Shown here: positions 1 through 7,794 of the stretch, in pieces
Position numbering within the stretch: position 1 is the first letter of the stretch
Layout of the letters: every line of letters begins with the position of its first letter
IMG/VR virus record: IMGVR_UViG_3300032081_000734
Location: 1-61,575 of that record
Strand: one strand, 5' to 3'
DNA: 61,575 nt
DNA from: a virus
Taxonomy: Duplodnaviria; Caudoviricetes
The notes under the pieces: generated by a model
What the model was told of the DNA's origin: nothing
The model's input: only the letters and a program-made list of their open reading frames with translations
Database searches by the model: none
Position numbers and translations under genes: made by a program

Positions 1-17
1 TTCGTGTCCGTTGATGA

Positions 18-494
18 TCATGAGTTGTTCTCTAAAATAGTTCCTTTTAGGTTAGCACCCTCAAGGTCAGCACCCTCAAGGTTAACACCCACAAGGAAAG
101 CATTCTTAAGGTTAGCACTCACAAGGAAAGCGCCCTCAAGGTTAGCGCCCCAAAGGTCAGCACTCCTAAGATTAGCATAACTTAAGTCAGCACCCCTAAG
201 GTTAGCAAACCTAAGATAAGCATCCTCAAGGTCAGCAGCCTCAAGGTTAGCGTCCACAAGGCAAGCATCCACAAGGCAAGCATCCCTAAGATCAGCACCT
301 TCAAGGTCAGCACCAAGAAGATTAGCCTCCCTAAGGGAAGCATCCCTAAGATTGGCCCCCTTAAGATTAGCACCCCTTAGGTCAACACCCCTAAGATCAG
401 CGTACCTAAGGTTAGCACCCCTAAGGTCAATGCCCCTAAGGTCAGCCCACCTAAGGTCAGCACCTGGTTCGATTGCGTACCCGTTGATTTTCAT
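18..494 (-). CDS. Pentapeptide-repeat protein (about 158 aa)
   Basis: More than 25 tandem A(D/N)LxG-type pentapeptides. ATG at 494 (MKINGY) follows a TATAAT box; the longer ORF-track start at 590 runs through promoter sequence. Confidence 0.9.
   Translation of the reverse strand: MKINGYAIEPGADLRWADLRGIDLRGANLRYADLRGVDLRGANLKGANLRDASLREANLLGADLEGADLRDACLVDACLVDANLEAADLEDAYLRFANLRGADLSYANLRSADLWGANLEGAFLVSANLKNAFLVGVNLEGADLEGANLKGTILENNS
40..465. repeat. Imperfect 15-bp tandem repeat encoding the pentapeptides
   Basis: Recurring (c/t)aaggt(t/c)agcaccc(c/t)-like units with 15-nt period. Confidence 0.85.
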
Positions 495-575
495 ATTGTG
501 TTTGTTTTGTATGAAGTCATTATACAATAAAAAACCACCCCTGTGATGGAGTGGTGGACGGTTTGGGAAGTGGTT
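495..575 (-). promoter_or_regulatory. Phage-specific early/middle-type promoter, copy A, with embedded terminator-like hairpin
   Basis: AACCACTT-N4-AACCGTCCAC about 51 nt upstream of TATAAT (519-524); same layout at 3624-3701 and 5873-5951. Confidence 0.65.
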
Positions 576-844
576 TAGAGAGCATCCCATTGATCACCCA
601 GAGTAGAGGTTTGACAGAGAAGAGGATGATCCAAAGAGCCAGAAGATATGAGGGGACGGGTTTGAGGTTGTTCATTGTCGTTCCAATGGCGGATTACTCC
701 GCTAATAATAAAACAGTTAGTGACAAGATAAGAGAGGGCAATGATAGACCGTACACCAGCTACGTAATTGTCGTAAGGTTTGGTTTTGTCATCGGAAAAA
801 CTCCCTAAGGAGTATTTCCAAATACGTGCCACTCTCTTCATCAT
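575..844 (-). CDS. Hypothetical protein with one hydrophobic segment
   Basis: 89-aa ORF overlapping the gp45 stop (ATGA coupling). Confidence 0.6.
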   Translation of the reverse strand: MMKRVARIWKYSLGSFSDDKTKPYDNYVAGVRSIIALSYLVTNCFIISGVIRHWNDNEQPQTRPLISSGSLDHPLLCQTSTLGDQWDAL

Positions 845-1521
845 CCATTATAGACCGAATCTGGTTCAAGTGCAATGAAGTAATCAAGTTCCTGCGACTC
901 AACTGTGTTTGTAAACTTTGATAAACACTTGCTAGAGATGGTGACTGTATAGTTTCCAGGAAGAATCTTGATGTTCTCAACTTTGAAGTTAAAACTGAAT
1001 TGCTTTTCAGTCTCACCAACTACAATTGAGTGATCATTTGAAGTATCATTCTTCTTGTCACGAACTGAAAGACGAACTACACCAGCGTCACCAATGACTG
1101 CAAGATCAGGCAGATCAAGAGTATTAGCTGCCTGTAGAAGTTGACTCAAATGACTTTGATTGATCTGAAATGTAATGTCTTCACTAGGAAGATTGAGTTG
1201 CTTCTCTGGAGGAGATACGATTACATTAGGATCTGCAAAGAAGTAACGTGAACGATTACGTCCTTCCCTGATAGTGACATAGTTATCTTCTTTGAAATCA
1301 AGTTCAGGATCTTGATGCAAACGAAGAACTTTTAAGAACTGTGGTAGATCGTAGATAGCAAAGTCTTTAGGAAACTCTTCTTCAACTTCAGCTTCTGCTA
1401 GGATGTTCTTCATCACTGAAATAGTGCGAAGTTTATTACCCTGCTTAACTAAGATAGATTGATTGATATCCGAATAGTTGCTGAGGATAGCAATGGTCTG
1501 TTTGGAAAGTTTCATATTCAT
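841..1521 (-). CDS. gp45: DNA polymerase sliding clamp
   Basis: MKLSKQTIAILSNYSDINQS N-terminus, FAIYDL and YFIALE motifs of T4-like gp45. Confidence 0.95.
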   Translation of the reverse strand: MNMKLSKQTIAILSNYSDINQSILVKQGNKLRTISVMKNILAEAEVEEEFPKDFAIYDLPQFLKVLRLHQDPELDFKEDNYVTIREGRNRSRYFFADPNVIVSPPEKQLNLPSEDITFQINQSHLSQLLQAANTLDLPDLAVIGDAGVVRLSVRDKKNDTSNDHSIVVGETEKQFSFNFKVENIKILPGNYTVTISSKCLSKFTNTVESQELDYFIALEPDSVYNG

Positions 1522-1967
1522 TGAGGGTAGGTTTCACGGGTGGCGTTCTGATCATTGAAATGTAGCAGAAGCACAGCATAATGCAAGATCTTCATGATAT
1601 CACGACGGGCAGTGCCCTTCTTGTCGTATCGTGATGCGTACTTGAGGATATTGGATCGACAGAATGGTTCCCCATCACCACAGGCTTCAATAAGATCAAG
1701 AGTTTGAATCTTATCACTTCCAGCAGAGTAGTGCTGGTTATATGTGCCAGCAATATACTCTTGAAGTTCTTTAAGTATGGCATCTTCACTATACTTAAAA
1801 CGATTATCTTTTTTTATCTTTTCAGTCAGAGTATCAGTAAAGGTAGAAGAAAATTGGTCATATGTTTCATTTGCAAGTTTATCTAGGGGATCATCATTAA
1901 GAATGATTTTGTCTTCATCATTGTTGTTCATCATTTCTTCGTAAAGCAGACTCCAAGAGTTGGTCAT
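1518..1967 (-). CDS. Conserved hypothetical protein, DUF3310-like C-terminal domain
   Basis: HY...IQTLDLI...SNILKYASRYDKKG...DIMKILHYA pattern; sits next to gp45. Confidence 0.7.
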   Translation of the reverse strand: MTNSWSLLYEEMMNNNDEDKIILNDDPLDKLANETYDQFSSTFTDTLTEKIKKDNRFKYSEDAILKELQEYIAGTYNQHYSAGSDKIQTLDLIEACGDGEPFCRSNILKYASRYDKKGTARRDIMKILHYAVLLLHFNDQNATRETYPQ

Positions 1968-1970
1968 ATT

Positions 1971-2537
1971 CTACACCTCTTTCCATAAAAAAGCAAGTGT
2001 TTTTCTTTCGTGTATAGCAAATCTATTTGGAGCTAGTCCTCTGTGTTCTAAGTGACCATTTAATAGAACAGCACAATTAGGAATATATGGCAGTGTAATG
2101 TAGTCATCTCCACTTTGAATTTCTATGTGGCCACCCCAAGTTGAATCCCAGTCAAACTCAGTAAAGACAACACATGTCCAGATTTTAATAGTAGAATCCT
2201 CAGCATCATTATGAAATGCAGAGTCTTGGCCGTGAAAATGAATGTTAGTGTTGACCCTACAGAGTTCCAAATCTCTTTTCAAAATCTTTTGAACTTTGAG
2301 TTTGGCAGTAGTTGCAGATTTGATAAGTTGAAAATTTGTACTGTAGGACCAGTTATCTGTATGATCATGAGTACACATGAGTTCACCAAATAATGGATCA
2401 GTGCGGTTTTGATGTTTGTCAAAAACCCACTGAGAATATTCTGGCAAAAACTCTGTAACAACATCATTAAACATATCATCACTAAAGATATTTTTAATAT
2501 ACCATACCTCTGGTGCTTTTTGAGATACTTCCATCAT
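1971..2537 (-). CDS. 2OG-Fe(II) oxygenase
   Basis: HxD (FHND), WGG, distal His (LEHRG) and Arg (ERKT) of the DSBH fold. Confidence 0.85.
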   Translation of the reverse strand: MMEVSQKAPEVWYIKNIFSDDMFNDVVTEFLPEYSQWVFDKHQNRTDPLFGELMCTHDHTDNWSYSTNFQLIKSATTAKLKVQKILKRDLELCRVNTNIHFHGQDSAFHNDAEDSTIKIWTCVVFTEFDWDSTWGGHIEIQSGDDYITLPYIPNCAVLLNGHLEHRGLAPNRFAIHERKTLAFLWKEV

Positions 2538-2543
2538 TTTATA

Positions 2544-3623
2544 TCAGAAGTTAGTAGTGTTGTCAATTGTATCGATGCTACCATCAGATGCCATTTGGAA
2601 GTCAGCATCAACTTTGTCATAGAGTTCCAAGAATGCTTGCTTGGTTTCGTCATCAAAACGATTCAGACAAACTTGAATTGCTTTTGCCTTATCACTAAAG
2701 ATCATATAGGCTCGAACAATATGAACTAAACGACGTGTACTGATCACTTCTTCAACACCTCCGTCAAAGAATGTTTTACGGATGATGTCTGCCCAATCTA
2801 CAAGATTCTTACAGAATTGAGTATCATCAATCATAGAAGAAAGAATCTTTTGTTCTGTTGCAGGATGAGGATACTCCTGTTCAAATGTTACAGGGAACCT
2901 CTCAAGGAAAGCTTCATTAAGAACATTGGTTCCAATAAACCGACCATCCTCAGATCCCTTACCTTTAGTATTAGCAGTAGCAATGATGTTGAAACCAGCA
3001 GCAGGTTTTACATACTTACTAATCTTCTTCAAGAAGACACCTTTGCCTTCAAGGATAGATTGGAGACAGAGGATTTTATTCGATGCAAGGTCAACCTCAT
3101 CTAGAAGCAACACAGCTCCACGTTCCAAAGCTTCGATGACAGGACCATTATGCCAAACAGTTTCGCCGTTAACAAGACGGAACCCACCAATAAGATCATC
3201 CTCGTCGGTTTCAATGGTAATGTTTACCCGAATCAATTCCCTATTTAGAGCAGCACATACTTGCTCCACAGAGAAAGTTTTACCATTACCAGAAAGACCA
3301 GTAATGAACGTTGGATAAAAACTACGAGAGTTAATAATTTTTTTAAGATCTTTAAAGTTCCCGAACGGGACAAAACTATCATCTTTGGCAGGAATAAGAT
3401 TCATTTCTTCCCGTTCGGGAAATTGAGTTTCTAGTTGATCCCGTACTTCGTCAACAGTCAGGTTCCACTTACCACGGCCAACTTTACGATCAGCAAGTTT
3501 ACTAGTGATAGTTTGATAACTAACTCCATTTAGTGCAGACCATGCACGTAAATCTCCAGAAGAAATGTTGTCTCCATAGATTTGCTGAAGAGATGAAACG
3601 ATGTACTCGGAAGAAATTGACAT
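2544..3623 (-). CDS. cobS: CobS-like / MoxR-family AAA+ ATPase
   Basis: Walker A GLSGNGKT, Walker B LLLDE, NEAFLERF. ATG at 3623 lies downstream of promoter copy B. Confidence 0.9.
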   Translation of the reverse strand: MSISSEYIVSSLQQIYGDNISSGDLRAWSALNGVSYQTITSKLADRKVGRGKWNLTVDEVRDQLETQFPEREEMNLIPAKDDSFVPFGNFKDLKKIINSRSFYPTFITGLSGNGKTFSVEQVCAALNRELIRVNITIETDEDDLIGGFRLVNGETVWHNGPVIEALERGAVLLLDEVDLASNKILCLQSILEGKGVFLKKISKYVKPAAGFNIIATANTKGKGSEDGRFIGTNVLNEAFLERFPVTFEQEYPHPATEQKILSSMIDDTQFCKNLVDWADIIRKTFFDGGVEEVISTRRLVHIVRAYMIFSDKAKAIQVCLNRFDDETKQAFLELYDKVDADFQMASDGSIDTIDNTTNF

Positions 3624-3701
3624 TGATGGTTTGTTTGATGTACTTATTATAACGGATGATGGGTGGGAATGGAGGCGTGGCCGCCAGTTCCCCAACTGGT
3701 T
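3624..3701 (-). promoter_or_regulatory. Phage-specific promoter, copy B
   Basis: AACCAGTT-GGGG-AACTGG palindrome about 50 nt upstream of TATAAT (3646-3651). Confidence 0.65.
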
Positions 3702-5872
3702 CAGCAGACAAGGGAGATGAATTCTGAAAGAACTTTCTTGTTCATTTTCTTGGAGTTTAAAGACTTCTTGAATGCACTTCGGATTTGACCTTTAGTTGCT
3801 TTGTCTTTAACTTCAAATTCAGAATTCTGGGAAAGTCCATTTGAGGAGAGCCCAAAGTATGCAGTGTATCCTACATCTTTCATAGCAAAACTACGATTCT
3901 TTTTCCAAGATTTTTCAGCATCAAGAAACTCGTCAGAGTTTAGATACATACGCATGAACTTCCATGCTTCGCGAGGAGCAAGAACACGAATACCAATAAA
4001 GTTAATATCTGGATAACGATCACGAAGATTATTCAAAAGAGTTTCCGTGAACTTATGATACCCATAACCAAAAGAATAGGTCCTGCCAAGTTTACGATCA
4101 CGAAGGAAAGTTGCATTAGGATAAACAGACCTAGTGCCAATAAAACTTTCTGCTTTATTGTATGCATATGAAATTTCAACGTGACGATTTAGTGGATGAG
4201 CTTCACCATCAGTCAAAATAACACATTGAACTTTTTCAAGTTTGTTTTTCTTTTTAAAGTCTGGAAGAATTTGATTTAGGCAAACAATTGCTTCATTGAG
4301 AGGTGTTCCAGATAATCCAGCCATAGTTGGAACATCATACATGCTAGATCTATTACTGTATGCATAACAAAGTCTCCAGATATTTTTCATGCAATTTTCA
4401 AACTCAGAAGTTTTGATTCTGCTACTAATCATGTTAAGTAGATTAAAGTCTTTACTGACTTGTAGAATGCCATCTTTCAATTCATAAGATGGATCTGGAA
4501 TCTTAAAATACCCCTGATGGTTAGGATCAGGTTCTCTCCAGTTAGTAGTAAATGCATAGACTTCAAAAGGAATATTAGTTTTCTTACAAAACCAAATCAA
4601 GTTGAATAGTTGCTTGATGGTATCCAAAAGAGTTTCTGACATTGAACCACTCCAATCAAGAACAAACACCAGGCCATGGTTCTTACCATCAGCAAGAGTT
4701 GTAACTTTCTTAAAAAGATCTTCGCTGTACTTATAACTGTATAGTTTGGAGCAATCTAAAACTCCAGTGCGAGAAGTGGTTGCTCGGGAATAAGAAGCAG
4801 CAGATTTTTTACATTCAAATTCTTTTACAAGATAAGTAACTTCTTTCTGAGCAGATTTTTTAAATAAGTTATACTGATTATCAGATACTCTATAGAGATT
4901 AACTGGAGTCCTTTCATACGCTATATGTCTATTATCAGATTCTTCTTGCATATCTGCAAAAGATTTGTTTAGATATTCATGAAACTTTGCAGCATCTATA
5001 ATGATTTTATCAAGATCAAGTTTTGGAAGTTCAACATAATTATTCTCAATAGAGGAATGATCAATGAGATCTTCAATATTTTTATCGAAAGCTGCATCAG
5101 TCTTAACTTCTGGTTCATTATCAGAGGGTTGATCTTCATGCTGATAACTTGGAGTATCAAGATCTGCAATCCCTTTTTCATTATCATCTTCACGACGTTC
5201 TGCTTCCTCCAGCATTTCTTCGTGAGTCATACTATCACCTTCACCCTGCTGATCACTATCCTGTTGACCATTAGGATTTCCATTTTGTGATGCTGGTTTT
5301 AGATCTTCAGAATCATTCTCTTGAGATTCTTTACAATACTTATAAAGATCTTCAGACACGTTAAGAACATCGTCAAATGTTTCACAATTTGAGATTGCTT
5401 TGATTAGGAGATCCTCATCATCATTAGTAAAAGGAATATCAATATAGTTTCCAATTTTGAAGTATAAATTTGCACGATCTGCAAGATTCATTTTACCGAT
5501 ATCTTCACCTTCAACTTCAAAAAAATCTTCATCTGAAAGTTCTTGATAACCAGAGAAGAAAGTTTTAGATAGGCCACCATAACGACGCTTCATCATCTTT
5601 TCAATGCGAGCATCTTCAACAATATTTACGAAAGATGGTGGAATATCTCTGTCTTTGATCCAATCTACATCTGGTGTATACAATGCATGGCCCACTTCAT
5701 GACCAACCAAAAGATCATAAACGATATTAGACGCCTTTTCCCACATAGGAAGAGTCAAAACTCTTGTGTGAACGTTAAAGCAAGCAGTACGAACGTTCTT
5801 ATGCTCAACAACCAGATCTTCAGTTGCTAGAAGTTTGGCAAGTTGTCCTTTGACTTCGTGAGAGACTGCCAT
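3701..5872 (-). CDS. Metallopeptidase (HEXXH) + VWA domain protein, CobT-like partner of the AAA+ ATPase
   Basis: HEVGH plus NIVEDARIE, acidic linker, MIDAS DWSGS...GTP...LTDGE. Confidence 0.88.
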   Translation of the reverse strand: MAVSHEVKGQLAKLLATEDLVVEHKNVRTACFNVHTRVLTLPMWEKASNIVYDLLVGHEVGHALYTPDVDWIKDRDIPPSFVNIVEDARIEKMMKRRYGGLSKTFFSGYQELSDEDFFEVEGEDIGKMNLADRANLYFKIGNYIDIPFTNDDEDLLIKAISNCETFDDVLNVSEDLYKYCKESQENDSEDLKPASQNGNPNGQQDSDQQGEGDSMTHEEMLEEAERREDDNEKGIADLDTPSYQHEDQPSDNEPEVKTDAAFDKNIEDLIDHSSIENNYVELPKLDLDKIIIDAAKFHEYLNKSFADMQEESDNRHIAYERTPVNLYRVSDNQYNLFKKSAQKEVTYLVKEFECKKSAASYSRATTSRTGVLDCSKLYSYKYSEDLFKKVTTLADGKNHGLVFVLDWSGSMSETLLDTIKQLFNLIWFCKKTNIPFEVYAFTTNWREPDPNHQGYFKIPDPSYELKDGILQVSKDFNLLNMISSRIKTSEFENCMKNIWRLCYAYSNRSSMYDVPTMAGLSGTPLNEAIVCLNQILPDFKKKNKLEKVQCVILTDGEAHPLNRHVEISYAYNKAESFIGTRSVYPNATFLRDRKLGRTYSFGYGYHKFTETLLNNLRDRYPDINFIGIRVLAPREAWKFMRMYLNSDEFLDAEKSWKKNRSFAMKDVGYTAYFGLSSNGLSQNSEFEVKDKATKGQIRSAFKKSLNSKKMNKKVLSEFISLVC

Positions 5873-6044
5873 TGATTTGTTTCGTATGAACGTAGTATAC
5901 AAAAGAACCTCGCTTTTTGGGCGAGGTACTGTGACACTTTTTAAAGTGGTTTAGGGATTGTCGCCTTGCTCGGAGTCTTCCTTTGCAAGTGCCTTTACCA
6001 TGTTTGTCTTTCTTAGAGTGATGTTGCCAGTTCGGGACTTTCAT
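5820..6044 (-). CDS. Small basic hypothetical protein
   Basis: MKVPNWQHHSKK start resembles small cyanophage proteins; the 3' end overlaps a promoter and the next gene, so the extent is uncertain. Confidence 0.45.
   Translation of the reverse strand: MKVPNWQHHSKKDKHGKGTCKGRLRARRQSLNHFKKCHSTSPKKRGSFVYYVHTKQINGSLSRSQRTTCQTSSN
5873..5951 (-). promoter_or_regulatory. Phage-specific promoter, copy C, with embedded hairpin
   Basis: AACCACTT-TAAA-AAGTGTCAC about 52 nt upstream of TATACT (5894-5899); ACCTCGC/GCGAGGT stem in the spacer. Confidence 0.65.
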
Positions 6045-6276
6045 TGAGTAAATGGTTCTCCTTTAGGAAGTGTAGCACATCTTTCAGTCCACCGATATGT
6101 TTAGCATCAATGGAAGCCTGTGGATATTCTGCATTAGATCCAAACTCTGATTCAAATGCTCTTTGAGTAAAATGATTATTTAGTTTATACTCCAAAAATT
6201 CTCCACCGATTGACTTAAGAAGCATGGCCAAACGCTCACACTCTTGGTTTCCGTTGGTGTAAATTACTGTTGTCAT
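6013..6276 (-). CDS. Glutaredoxin-like protein (single Cys)
   Basis: VIYT...EC, YPQ, HIGGL motifs of the glutaredoxin fold; no CxxC. Confidence 0.7.
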   Translation of the reverse strand: MTTVIYTNGNQECERLAMLLKSIGGEFLEYKLNNHFTQRAFESEFGSNAEYPQASIDAKHIGGLKDVLHFLKENHLLNESPELATSL

Positions 6277-6464
6277 TTGTTTTCTTTGTAAGTGATAGTA
6301 ATTTGGTTGTACACTTCGTCTCTATTGTCGCTATTGTAGATACGACAACGGTCCACTTTAGCATCTAATATATTTACAATATTATCTAGTTGCCATTCAG
6401 TTATATATTTTTTGAAACCATCATCCATCCAATTTTTATTAGATCCTGGTGTGTTAAATTCCAT
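6273..6464 (-). CDS. Hypothetical protein
   Basis: 63-aa ORF translationally coupled on both sides. Confidence 0.6.
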   Translation of the reverse strand: MEFNTPGSNKNWMDDGFKKYITEWQLDNIVNILDAKVDRCRIYNSDNRDEVYNQITITYKENK

Positions 6465-6739
6465 TACTGAATACCTTTAGGAAATTCTTCAATCTCAGTC
6501 AATTCATAGTCCCAGTCTTCCATGACTGTATTGGCATAGAAACGATCAGAAAGCATTTCGATTTCTTTCTCGGCATACTCTCTGGTCGGTGCTTCCAACC
6601 AAATATCAATTACCTTACCAAGTCTAAGTTTCTTGATATTCAACTCAGACAATCGTCTACTACCATCTCTCACAGCATTACCTGGTGAGTCATCAACCTG
6701 TGATCGTAATCGGATGAATACTAGTGCTTTAAATTTCAT
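6464..6739 (-). CDS. purS: Phosphoribosylformylglycinamidine synthase subunit PurS
   Basis: F.A.V.I.LR..V.D..G.AV, LRLGKVIDI, ANTVMEDW match PurS. Confidence 0.88.
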   Translation of the reverse strand: MKFKALVFIRLRSQVDDSPGNAVRDGSRRLSELNIKKLRLGKVIDIWLEAPTREYAEKEIEMLSDRFYANTVMEDWDYELTEIEEFPKGIQ

Positions 6740-6900
6740 AATCTTTCTCTCTCATCAAGTGCTTCATGAATAATTTCCTTTAACTCGATACGTTCTTCTG
6801 GTGTGAAAATTGTACGTGTCTTTACTGGCATAGGAGCATAGCTATTTGGATTCTTTGATTTACCAGGAAGACTCATTCCCTGTGTGTCAATTTTGTCCAT
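6736..6900 (-). CDS. Hypothetical protein (54 aa, below ORF-track cutoff)
   Basis: Hand-translated MDKIDTQGMSLPG...EALDERERL; ATGA overlap with purS. Confidence 0.6.
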   Translation of the reverse strand: MDKIDTQGMSLPGKSKNPNSYAPMPVKTRTIFTPEERIELKEIIHEALDERERL

Positions 6901-7039
6901 TATTCTTCTTTATCCAACAAGGTTTACATAACGAATTCTTGTATCTTTTCTCGGACGGGACATAGCATCCAACTTGAGGTGTTTGATTCGCTGGCACCAT
7001 TTTACCACATCCAACGCATTTTGTCTCCCACATCTTCAT
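6887..7039 (-). CDS. Small CxxC...CxxC zinc-finger-like protein (50 aa)
   Basis: Hand-translated MKMWETKCVGCGK...LCKPCWIKKNNGQN; ATGA overlap with the upstream ORF. Confidence 0.6.
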   Translation of the reverse strand: MKMWETKCVGCGKMVPANQTPQVGCYVPSEKRYKNSLCKPCWIKKNNGQN

Positions 7040-7335
7040 ACTGTTCTCTCCAATCTATTTGTTGCTTGGTCGGGAAAGTCTCTTGGTCTACTATCACCAG
7101 CATTGTCAGTCCTAGGAGAACCTTCGTTAGCCTTCATAGTATGCTGATAGTTTGCTCTTGGATATCTAATACAGAATGGATCAGGCATCCAGTATGTTAC
7201 TTGCCATTCTTGATCAGGACATAACTCAAGATGCTTTTCTACACTATGAGAAAAACTACCGATTTGAATGTGGCCATCATGACTGACACATCTACCGTTG
7301 CCAACATCAACTAGGAATAGCATCTTGCTACTCAT
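7036..7335 (-). CDS. Hypothetical protein
   Basis: 99-aa ORF with coupled start and stop. Confidence 0.65.
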   Translation of the reverse strand: MSSKMLFLVDVGNGRCVSHDGHIQIGSFSHSVEKHLELCPDQEWQVTYWMPDPFCIRYPRANYQHTMKANEGSPRTDNAGDSRPRDFPDQATNRLERTV

Positions 7336-7463
7336 AATACTTCTTTCTCTGGATTGAGGTTCTTTACAAATTGCACTGGATTCTTTTCAGACTTATGAAC
7401 CCAATGATAGCGCATCATCTCGTAAATGGGATCCCATGTGGCGATACAGACATAATCAGTCAC
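7332..7463 (-). CDS. Hypothetical protein (about 43 aa)
   Basis: GTG start at 7463, preceded by GGAGG and overlapping the previous stop; the longer track start overlaps another gene. Confidence 0.5.
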   Translation of the reverse strand: MTDYVCIATWDPIYEMMRYHWVHKSEKNPVQFVKNLNPEKEVL

Positions 7464-7770
7464 GTTGCCTCCAATCTTTTGGTTTATCTTGCTGAAACCA
7501 ATCTTTGATATCATCAGCACTATCGAATCCCGTTCTATGATTGGATGGGTCGGGATCACCTAGTCCCATCCTATTCATAAAATCGTCTAAACTTCCCTCT
7601 TCAATTTTGTTGGTTATCTGGCGACGTGCCATCTTCAACATTTCATTGGCAGAGGTATTTGCCTTAGCAAGCTTATTTGCCCAAATCATGTCGTCTAATT
7701 TAACCTCTTCACCATTGGCAATACATTTGCAAATGAATTCTAAGCGCAGTCGGTACTGTGTAGAAAGCAT
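7456..7770 (-). CDS. Conserved cyanophage hypothetical protein
   Basis: 104-aa ORF MLSTQYRLRLEFIC... directly downstream of gp46. Confidence 0.75.
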   Translation of the reverse strand: MLSTQYRLRLEFICKCIANGEEVKLDDMIWANKLAKANTSANEMLKMARRQITNKIEEGSLDDFMNRMGLGDPDPSNHRTGFDSADDIKDWFQQDKPKDWRQRD

Positions 7771-7794
7771 ACATCTAAGTCACATCCTGATTAT

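Noticed and set aside
40-465. Regular short repeats resembling a CRISPR array
   Set aside because: 15-nt period without unique spacers; fully explained by the pentapeptide coding sequence.
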